33,977 nucleotides of DNA from Nanobdellota archaeon (GTDB lineage Archaea; Nanobdellota; Nanobdellia; Pacearchaeales; GW2011-AR1), in contig JBBTAG010000061.1 of NCBI GenBank assembly GCA_038044345.1, forward strand, positions 1 through 33,977, written 5' to 3'. The translations under genes were made by a program, and so were the position numbers. Under the pieces are notes generated by a model. It was given only the letters and a program-made list of their open reading frames with translations, was not told the DNA's origin and made no database searches. The first letter of the stretch is position 1; every line of letters starts with the position of its first letter. Below, in pieces: positions 1 to 6,578 of the stretch.

Positions 1-618
1 TCTGGCTGGGAATTGCGTCAGAAAGGAATAAATAGAATTGGAAATATTTTTGTTCCAAATAATAGATATGTTGAATTTGAATCTTTTGTTCAGCCAATAT
101 TTGAGGAAATGTATAAAGAGCAGAAAGAGAAGGGGATTTTTTACACATCTAAAGATATAATTTGGAAGTTAGGTGAGAAGATAAATAACAAGCAGAGTAT
201 TTGTTATTGGGCATGGAAAAACAAAATACCAATTTATTGTCCTGCATTGACTGATGGTGCGCTGGGAGACAATATATATTTCTTCAAGTTTAAGCATAAT
301 GATTTTGTTATTGATATAGCCGAAGACGTGAAAAGGTTGAATGACGCTACAATAAGTTTAAAGAAGAGCGGGGTTATTATTCTTGGCAGCGGAGTTGTTA
401 AGCATAGCATTCTCAATGCCAATATGCTTAGAAATGGGGCAGATTATGCTGTTTATGTTAACACTGCGCAGGAATATGATGGCTCTGATGCTGGTGCAGA
501 GCCTGAAGAAGCTGTTTCATGGGGAAAAATACTTCCTGAAGCTGAGAGTGTTAAATTGTTTGCAGATGCAACAATTGTTTTTCCTTTGATTGTCGCTGAA
601 ACTTTTGCTAGGATATGA
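1..618 (+). CDS. dys: deoxyhypusine synthase, C-terminal ~205 aa (5' end lies beyond the left edge)
   Basis: Frame 1 is open from base 1. The C-terminal NTAQEYDGSDAGAEPEEAVSWGKI matches the conserved DHS ...EAVSWGK region. TGA stop at 616-618. Confidence 0.85.
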   Translation, partial: SGWELRQKGINRIGNIFVPNNRYVEFESFVQPIFEEMYKEQKEKGIFYTSKDIIWKLGEKINNKQSICYWAWKNKIPIYCPALTDGALGDNIYFFKFKHNDFVIDIAEDVKRLNDATISLKKSGVIILGSGVVKHSILNANMLRNGADYAVYVNTAQEYDGSDAGAEPEEAVSWGKILPEAESVKLFADATIVFPLIVAETFARI

Positions 619-619
619 G

Positions 620-1717
620 TTATTTTATTTTTGCACTGGCAATAATTTTGTCTTTATCATAGAAAACTGCTATCTGTCCTGGGGCAATAGATTCTATTGG
701 TTTTTTCAGAATAAATTTATTGTTTATTAGTTTTCCTTGGTGTAATTGCCCTAAATGACGGATTCTTATTTTTAGATTCTTATTTTTAATTGTTTCATAT
801 GGATTAATCAAGTGAAGGTTTTTTATTTTGATTATATTATTTTTTAACATAGGATTTCCTTCTGGAGCAACAATTAGTATGTTTGGTTTGATTTTTTTGG
901 CAATATAAAATCGTTTTTGAGCTAAAAAAGGTGATTTTTTTATTTTTATTCCAACGTGCTCTCCAACTTTTTGGCCTATTGTGTAGAATGAAATGCCTAT
1001 ATGTGTTCCGATGATATTATTTTTTGAATCTTTTACCATTCCTTTTTTTGGCTTGATTTTCTTTTTTAGAAAAGATTGCATGTCTATTTGTCCGACGAAA
1101 CAGATGCCGACAGTGCCATGCTTATTCCAGTTTGGAAAGTGATTCTTTTTTGCAATATTTCTAACTTCTTGCTTTGTCAAATTGCCAAGAGGAAATAAGG
1201 CGTGTTTTAAGTCAGATTGAGATAGGTCAGAGAGAAAATATGATTGGTCCTTTTTCTTGTCTTTTCCTGCTAGCAAATTGTATCCTTTTGAAGTTTTTTT
1301 TATTCGTGCGTAGTGTCCCATGGCAATGTAATCAGCACCTAATTTTTTGGCTTCTTTCCAAAATAATGGAAATTTTATCACTTTGTTGCATAAAATATCA
1401 GGGTTTGGCGTCAATCCTTTTGAATATGATTTGTACATTTCGTCGATGACATATTTTTTGTATTGTTTTTCAAAATCGAAGACAATAAATCTTATTTTTA
1501 ATAGTGATGCTATTCTTTGAGCCATTTTTTTATCTTCTAGATATGAACATTCTCCAGTGTAAGGATTCTTTGTGTCTGAGAAGTTTTTCATGAATGCAGC
1601 AATAACATTGTAACCTTGTTTTTTTAGTAATAGTGTAGAAACTGCTGAATCTACTCCTCCTGAAAGACCGATTACAACTGTTTTTTTGTTTTTGACGTTT
1701 TTTAATTTTTTTTCCAT
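620..1717 (-). CDS. mnmA: tRNA-specific 2-thiouridylase MnmA (bacterial type)
   Basis: ATG start. N-terminal PP-loop VVIGLSGGVDSAVS. Overall MnmA/TrmU-like layout and length (365 aa). Confidence 0.85.
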   Translation of the reverse strand: MEKKLKNVKNKKTVVIGLSGGVDSAVSTLLLKKQGYNVIAAFMKNFSDTKNPYTGECSYLEDKKMAQRIASLLKIRFIVFDFEKQYKKYVIDEMYKSYSKGLTPNPDILCNKVIKFPLFWKEAKKLGADYIAMGHYARIKKTSKGYNLLAGKDKKKDQSYFLSDLSQSDLKHALFPLGNLTKQEVRNIAKKNHFPNWNKHGTVGICFVGQIDMQSFLKKKIKPKKGMVKDSKNNIIGTHIGISFYTIGQKVGEHVGIKIKKSPFLAQKRFYIAKKIKPNILIVAPEGNPMLKNNIIKIKNLHLINPYETIKNKNLKIRIRHLGQLHQGKLINNKFILKKPIESIAPGQIAVFYDKDKIIASAKIK

Positions 1718-1757
1718 GATTAGAAATGTTTAAATTCATTTAAAGATTTAATCCTTT

Positions 1758-1973
1758 ATGTCTGAACAGGTTCAAACGGGCGGATTAATGCAATTTAGGT
1801 ATCCAAAAGAAAGAGTTGTTGCATTAGATCCTGAAAGGAGAAAGGCAATTGGACTGGGTTATGCTCAAGCTGATGAAAGAAAGAGCAAAGAGAAGAAAAA
1901 TAAAATAATATTTTGGATTATTGTTATTTTGATTATTATTGGTATTCTTACTTATATTTTGTTGAAAAAGTGA
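1758..1973 (+). CDS. small tail-anchored membrane protein, unknown function
   Basis: 71-aa ORF with a single C-terminal TM (IIFWIIVILIIIGILTYILL). A TATA-like tttaaatt at 1729-1736 sits 21 nt upstream of the ATG, the same spacing as other genes here. Confidence 0.5.
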   Translation: MSEQVQTGGLMQFRYPKERVVALDPERRKAIGLGYAQADERKSKEKKNKIIFWIIVILIIIGILTYILLKK

Positions 1974-1975
1974 TT

Positions 1976-2317
1976 TTATGATATCTTTATTTGAGTTTGA
2001 ATTTCTTTTTCTTTAGTTTGTCTCTCTTCAACATGTTGCTCTCTATGACAATTTGCGCACAATAAATTACATTTTTTTATTTCTTCCTTAACTTTTTCCC
2101 AACTTCTTGTAAGCCCATTTTGTCCGATTCCGAATTTTTTTTCAGAAGGATTTTTATGATGAAACTCAAGAACTTCAGGACATTTATTATATCCACAACG
2201 AATGCATTTTCCCCCAGCATGCTGGAGAGCCATAAAACGGATTTTTCTTCTTCTGTCTGAAACAGATTTAATTATATATTCAGGTCTGTCTGAATATTTT
2301 CTCATCTCTTTTTTCAT
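1976..2317 (-). CDS. HNH endonuclease
   Basis: CxxC ... LEFHH ... CANCH motif arrangement (CIRCGYNKCPEVLEFHHKNP...LLCANCHREQH). Confidence 0.8.
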   Translation of the reverse strand: MKKEMRKYSDRPEYIIKSVSDRRRKIRFMALQHAGGKCIRCGYNKCPEVLEFHHKNPSEKKFGIGQNGLTRSWEKVKEEIKKCNLLCANCHREQHVEERQTKEKEIQTQIKIS

Positions 2318-2372
2318 ATTCTTGTAAATAGAATTAAAGTTAAAAATATTTCTTTTAATTTGAGAGTGATTA

Positions 2373-2446
2373 CGACTCTGGGAGGGCTCGAACCTCCGAC
2401 CTCACGGTTAACAGCCGCGCGCTCGTACCTGCTGAGCTACAGAGTC
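2373..2446 (-). tRNA. tRNA-Asn (anticodon GUU), no intron, CCA not encoded
   Basis: Hand-folded 74-nt cloverleaf. Acceptor GACTCTG/CAGAGTC (7 bp), D stem GCTC/GAGC, anticodon stem CGCGG/CCGTG, loop CTGTTAA, T arm GGAGG-TTCGAGC-CCTCC, discriminator G. Confidence 0.9.
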
Positions 2447-2470
2447 TCATTTAAGCGAGAAAAAATTGTT

Positions 2471-2478
2471 ATTTAAAT
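2471..2478 (-). promoter_or_regulatory. TATA-like box for tRNA-Asn
   Basis: atttaaat lies 24 nt upstream of the mature tRNA 5' end. Confidence 0.45.
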
Positions 2479-2509
2479 ATTGCTATTATCTCTTTTATTG
2501 AAATTGAAT

Positions 2510-3031
2510 TTATCTCTTATTTTTTATTTTCAATCCCAAGTCTGTACTAAGGTCTTTTTTGCCAGTATTAATTCTCTCTAAAAAGCGGTATACATTTGCC
2601 TGTTTTGTTCCGCGTATTAGGTTCGTTATTGCGGTTGTGGCTTCTTCAATTTGTTCAGCCGGACCGATTATTCCTATTTCGCCATCATTTATTGCAAGGT
2701 CACACCCTGAGATATCTTCTATTGTTCTTTTTGTTTTTCCTTCTTTACCTATTATTCTCCCTCTGACTTCTGTTAAGTTTTTTCTTCTTGTAAAACTTTT
2801 AATAGGGATTTTTCTAAATACAATTTGCTCATCCATCAGTGTTAAGGCTTTGTTGGCTGAAAAACCAAATTGCATTGCTTCTAATATCATAAGTGCCTCA
2901 TATTCTTTAAAAGAATCTCCTTCAATAGTCACTTTTTTACCTTGTATATTGATTTTTACTTCTAATCGCCTTTCTAGTCTTTCCTTTTCATTTTGCAATT
3001 CTTTTACTTTTTTGAAATATAAAGTTTCCAT
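2510..3031 (-). CDS. KH-domain RNA-binding protein (Dim2/Pno1-like)
   Basis: Two KH-like modules. GXXG motif in RGRIIGKEGKTKRTIEDISG. Archaeal size of 173 aa. Confidence 0.75.
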   Translation of the reverse strand: METLYFKKVKELQNEKERLERRLEVKINIQGKKVTIEGDSFKEYEALMILEAMQFGFSANKALTLMDEQIVFRKIPIKSFTRRKNLTEVRGRIIGKEGKTKRTIEDISGCDLAINDGEIGIIGPAEQIEEATTAITNLIRGTKQANVYRFLERINTGKKDLSTDLGLKIKNKR

Positions 3032-3106
3032 ATTAATTTCAGATAAATATCTTTTAAATAACTTTGCAGAGGAAAGGTTTAAAATAGTTATGTGCCAAAT
3101 AGGGAT

Positions 3107-3346
3107 ATGAAAAGACTGGTGACTTGGCCGTTGTTTATGTTTGTTTTAGTTGGTTTTATAAGTTTGACTAATTTTGTTCATGCTGAATCGTGTAGCCCCA
3201 CAGTTACATTATTGAATCAAGACCCATATCCAGTTATTCCTGGAGAATATGTAAAATTGGTTTTTCAAATCGAAGGTTTAGCCAATTCTGAATGTGGAAA
3301 AGTGTATTTTGAATTAATAGAAGATTACCCTATGAAATTTGATTAA
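3107..3346 (+). CDS. surface/S-layer-domain protein, N-terminal fragment (signal peptide plus start of a beta-sandwich domain), ends at an in-frame TAA
   Basis: MKRLVTWPLFMFVLVGFISLTNFVHA signal-like N-terminus. The ATG at 3107 is 21 nt downstream of the TATA-like 3078-3085. The same frame continues into 3347-4006. Confidence 0.6.
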   Translation: MKRLVTWPLFMFVLVGFISLTNFVHAESCSPTVTLLNQDPYPVIPGEYVKLVFQIEGLANSECGKVYFELIEDYPMKFD

Positions 3347-3367
3347 GGTGGTGATGGAAATGTTGTT

Positions 3368-4006
3368 TTGACATCCGGCAATTATGTGAGCAATTATAAT
3401 TCAAACGTTATTGTGCCATTTAAAGTAAGAATAAACGAATCTTCTCTTGATGGGGCGAATGAAATATGGGTTAAATATGCTTATGATTATAATGGGGTGA
3501 AAAGTTCATATTTTCTTAAAGAATTTAACTTAGCAATCAATAATACCAAAGCAGATTTTGAAGTATCAATTAAGAATTATGATTTTAAAACTGGCATTGT
3601 TACTTTTGAAATTGCCAATATCGGAAAAAATGATTTTGAAGGTTTGACTGTCGATTTATTGAAACAGGATGCTTTTGATGTGAAGGGCAGCATGAGAGCG
3701 ATAATTGGAAGTTTAAGTTCTAATGATGATACTTCATTTACCTTCGAGGGATATCCAAAAAAGGGTGAAATTAGTTTATTGATAAGATATAACGACAAAA
3801 TTGGTGTCAGACGAGAAGCAGAGAAGAAGACTATGTTTGATCCAGATTTGTATACTGGAAGGATAAAAGATCAGGTAAAACGAAACTATACTGGTTATCT
3901 TGTTTCGCTGGTTGTGGTTATTTTTGTGGTTATGTGGTGGATTGGCAAAGTAAGAAGAAGGAGAAGAATGGAAAGAATGCAAATGCTTTCTTTAAGGAGA
4001 AAGTAG
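3368..4006 (+). CDS. surface/S-layer-domain protein, C-terminal fragment with TM anchor and RRRRR tail
   Basis: Same frame as 3107-3346 (3368-3092 = 276, a multiple of 3). There is no ATG near the fragment start; the track begins at TTG. C-terminal TM YLVSLVVVIFVVMWWIG followed by KVRRRRRM. Confidence 0.6.
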   Translation: MTSGNYVSNYNSNVIVPFKVRINESSLDGANEIWVKYAYDYNGVKSSYFLKEFNLAINNTKADFEVSIKNYDFKTGIVTFEIANIGKNDFEGLTVDLLKQDAFDVKGSMRAIIGSLSSNDDTSFTFEGYPKKGEISLLIRYNDKIGVRREAEKKTMFDPDLYTGRIKDQVKRNYTGYLVSLVVVIFVVMWWIGKVRRRRRMERMQMLSLRRK

Positions 4007-4008
4007 TT

Positions 4009-4305
4009 TTAAAGAAGTTTTAAGGCGTATGGAATTTCTTGTATTTTTCCTATTGAATCTTCTGATATTATTTCAGCCTTTAGTGCAGCTTCTATTGAAT
4101 CATTTCCAACAATGTTGAAAGTTGCGTCTTCTTTGCCTTGTTGTTGTATTATTTTTATTACTTCTTGTTCTGGTAAATCAGTACCTTTGAAGAAATTTTC
4201 TTGTATATCGAGTTGTTTTATCCCTTCTTCAAATTTTTTTCCTAATAAATTTGAATCACAGATAGCGACAACTGTTCTATAGGATTTATGTATTTTTATG
4301 TACAT
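4009..4305 (-). CDS. DUF424-family protein
   Basis: 98 aa with MYIKIHKSYRTVVAICDSNLLGKKFEEG, the DUF424 pattern. Sits immediately downstream of aIF2-beta (TAA, 1 nt, ATG). Confidence 0.7.
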   Translation of the reverse strand: MYIKIHKSYRTVVAICDSNLLGKKFEEGIKQLDIQENFFKGTDLPEQEVIKIIQQQGKEDATFNIVGNDSIEAALKAEIISEDSIGKIQEIPYALKLL

Positions 4306-4306
4306 T

Positions 4307-4717
4307 TTATATTTTTCTTTTGATTGGAGATTTTGCTCCGCAAGCTAAACAATGTTTAAATTTGACTCCTTTTTCTGAGATTATTTCTGTATCTGGTTTA
4401 GAGCATTCAGGGCAAATGACAAATTCTTTGCTATAAAGAATGATTTTTTCGTTTACTTTGTCTGAATTAAGTTTTGTATTCAAAATTAAACGATCATTTT
4501 CTATTCTCCCAGAAGTTGCCAGTTCTTTCTGCAGGAATTTGGCCAGATGGTCTACTGGGCGTCTAAGATAATTTGCTATTATAGTTATGTTTGTTATTAA
4601 TGTATTTTTCCCCTGAACTTGACCGGTGACTTTTGGAATGTCAAATCTATCTGAGCCCGAATTTATTACTTTTACTTTTTCATATGCTTTTTTTAATAAA
4701 GATTCATATGGTTCCAT
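4307..4717 (-). CDS. eif2b: translation initiation factor aIF2 beta subunit
   Basis: 136 aa with the C-terminal zinc ribbon CPECSKPDT...CLACGA. The N-terminal YESLLKKAYEK is typical of aIF2-beta. Confidence 0.9.
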   Translation of the reverse strand: MEPYESLLKKAYEKVKVINSGSDRFDIPKVTGQVQGKNTLITNITIIANYLRRPVDHLAKFLQKELATSGRIENDRLILNTKLNSDKVNEKIILYSKEFVICPECSKPDTEIISEKGVKFKHCLACGAKSPIKRKI

Positions 4718-4739
4718 GAATATTTGAGGTAAAACAAGG

Positions 4740-4747
4740 TTTATAAA
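4740..4747. promoter_or_regulatory. palindromic TATA box TTTATAAA shared by divergent genes 4717(-) and 4769(+)
   Basis: It is 22 nt from the minus-strand ATG and 21 nt from the plus-strand ATG. It is the only TATA-like element in the 51-nt spacer. Confidence 0.5.
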
Positions 4748-4768
4748 TATGATTTTCTTTATTGCAAC

Positions 4769-5362
4769 ATGAATGTAAAGAATCTTGTGCTTGGAATTGG
4801 TATATTTGTTGTTTTTTTGCTTATGCTACATTTTGGCATTGAGACATTTTATGCGAGCCCAAAATATGAAGAATTTTGTAAACCTGGAGATATTAGGGGG
4901 TATTATCCTGAGAAAGGCTTGGCATATCCGGCATATCCAATAAATTGCACATATTCAAGACAATTGATGGATCAGGAACAGGCATGTTATTCTCAAAATG
5001 GGCAGCCAGTTTATGAATATGATCAAAGCGGATGCAGTATTTCTGTCAAGGAATGTAATTTGTGTAATAAGTATTTTATGGATGAACAGGCAAAACATGA
5101 TAGGGTGGTTTTTGTTATTGCTTTAATAATTGGCATAGTTGTTTTGTTTGTTGGATATGGTGTTTTAAGCGTTGAACCGGTTGGAAGTTCATTAATGGCA
5201 TCTGGAGTTGGAGCAATATTCTACGGTTCGATGAGAAATTGGGTTAATCTAACAAATGTCTGGAGATTTTTGCTTTTACTACTTGCGTTGATTTTGCTTA
5301 TTTGGATTGCTCTTAGGTTGAATAAAAATATAAAGGGTAATGGAAAAAAGAGAAGAAGATAG
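4769..5362 (+). CDS. Cys-rich membrane protein, unknown function
   Basis: N-terminal TM, an extracytoplasmic segment with 7 Cys, C-terminal TMs and a KKRRR tail. Confidence 0.6.
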   Translation: MNVKNLVLGIGIFVVFLLMLHFGIETFYASPKYEEFCKPGDIRGYYPEKGLAYPAYPINCTYSRQLMDQEQACYSQNGQPVYEYDQSGCSISVKECNLCNKYFMDEQAKHDRVVFVIALIIGIVVLFVGYGVLSVEPVGSSLMASGVGAIFYGSMRNWVNLTNVWRFLLLLLALILLIWIALRLNKNIKGNGKKRRR

Positions 5363-5369
5363 TTTATAT

Positions 5370-5891
5370 TTATTTGTTGATTTGGAACAGATTTAATTTT
5401 ACTCCATTGGTTAGATGAATCAGTCCTCCCTTAACTGTGTAAGTTTTTTCTGTTTTCGGTATATCTTTATATTTTGGAAATCTTAACCACTGATCCCATT
5501 CAGAATTTTTTGTTTTACCAATGTGATGAAATCTAGGATATTGATCCATCCATCCCCAATTAACTATGAATAGCTCTCTTTCTATAACTTTTCTTTCTAG
5601 GGCTTGTGGAGTTTTAACATTTATATTTGCAATTTCTTCTGTTAAAGTGTAAAATCCCAATGCCCAATAAGCAGTTTTGCCGTTTTTACCCCATGCCAAT
5701 TCGTGATCTAAAACTCTCCAAGATTTGTGTTTATATTCGTTAAGTAATTGCAAAGTGAATTTTACTTCCACATTCTTATCAGGGCTTATTAAATCTATCC
5801 CTTGATTAGGATTATGAGTCATTTTTAAAACATTTGCAGACCATGTTTCATTTAATGGATGCATAACACTATTAAAAGTTCGATGATACAT
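5370..5891 (-). CDS. PD-(D/E)xK nuclease-fold protein (Hjc-like core motif), function unknown
   Basis: GIDLISPDKNVEVKF gives D...ExK with Hjc-like spacing. The ATG at 5891 follows the upstream TAA (5893-5895) by 1 nt. The track start at 5948 would overlap the upstream gene by 56 nt. Confidence 0.55.
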   Translation of the reverse strand: MYHRTFNSVMHPLNETWSANVLKMTHNPNQGIDLISPDKNVEVKFTLQLLNEYKHKSWRVLDHELAWGKNGKTAYWALGFYTLTEEIANINVKTPQALERKVIERELFIVNWGWMDQYPRFHHIGKTKNSEWDQWLRFPKYKDIPKTEKTYTVKGGLIHLTNGVKLNLFQINK

Positions 5892-5892
5892 T

Positions 5893-6531
5893 TTATCCGA
5901 GCCAGCGAATCTTTCCTGGACGAGGTTCATAAGCGATGCCGTCTTCAAGAAGTTTTTTTATTTCTTTATTGATTATATCCGGATGTTCTTTTAATTCTGT
6001 AATTACCTTCTCAATATCAATGCCTCCATCTTTCTCGGCTTCTTTTACCATATTTATTATTTTATCTTTTAGGGCAGAAATAACTGATTTATCTGGTGTT
6101 TTTGTTTCTTCGGCTTCAGATTCAAGTTTTCTCACAAGGAGGAATGAAGGGTCTTTATTTTTGATTATTTCTGGTGTAATGTATATTTCATTGTTCCAAA
6201 CTCTTAGAATGCCTATTGTCATGATGGTGTCGCCTTGATTTATCTTTGAGAAAAATGATTCAACATCATCGCCAAAAGTTTTTGCTTTTATCTGACCTGT
6301 AGCATCATCTAAAGTTATTGAGCCGAATTTTCTTTCGCCTTCCTGTATGTATTTGTCTATTACATTTGCAATAATGTTAACACGAAAAATTTGCTTGTCA
6401 TTTACATTTATGTATTTTAATTTTTCAGCTTCGATGGTTTGTTTTGCAGATAAAATTGCACCGACTCTTAATTTGTAAGCCGTATGCCTCTTAGGCACCT
6501 GTGAAATTTGTTTAATTGGTGTGTTGTCCAT
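5893..6531 (-). CDS. RPA32-like OB-fold ssDNA-binding protein with C-terminal winged helix
   Basis: Central OB-fold-like segment (FRVNIIANVIDKYIQ...GSITLDDATGQIKAKTF...GDTIMTIGILR). Acidic linker. C-terminal wH-like ITELKEHPDIINKEIKKLLEDGIAYEPRPGK. Lies downstream of mcm. Confidence 0.6.
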   Translation of the reverse strand: MDNTPIKQISQVPKRHTAYKLRVGAILSAKQTIEAEKLKYINVNDKQIFRVNIIANVIDKYIQEGERKFGSITLDDATGQIKAKTFGDDVESFFSKINQGDTIMTIGILRVWNNEIYITPEIIKNKDPSFLLVRKLESEAEETKTPDKSVISALKDKIINMVKEAEKDGGIDIEKVITELKEHPDIINKEIKKLLEDGIAYEPRPGKIRWLG

Positions 6532-6578
6532 TTTTATTTTTGATTATTTGTGTTTTTAATGTTTTATGTTCTGTTTTA

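Noticed and set aside
2559-3110. Long antisense ORFs opposite well-supported genes. Examples: 2559-3110, 7858-8124, 9484-9813, 10447-10773, 12758-13087, 18014-18490, 20056-20388, 20625-21170, 25621-26043, 28590-28907, 29579-30124 and 31848-32141.
   Set aside because: Each lies fully inside a gene with strong family motifs on the other strand. Their products are low-complexity Ser/Phe/Leu/Ile-rich strings typical of shadow frames in AT-rich DNA, and none has its own promoter spacing.
3344-3346. Genome-wide reassignment of TAA to a sense codon as the explanation for the in-frame stop.
   Set aside because: TAA terminates many well-delimited genes here (mnmA, HNH, aIF2-beta, the RPA32-like gene, the vWA gene and others). 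The aRF1 at 10089-11189 keeps canonical NIKS and GGQ motifs. A local event (mutation, variant or read-through) is more plausible.
5892-5948. The 19-aa N-terminal extension of the nuclease ORF (track start 5948), which overlaps the RPA32-like gene by 56 nt.
   Set aside because: An ATG at 5891 sits 1 nt after the upstream stop, the typical coupling seen elsewhere in this window. The extension has no recognisable features.
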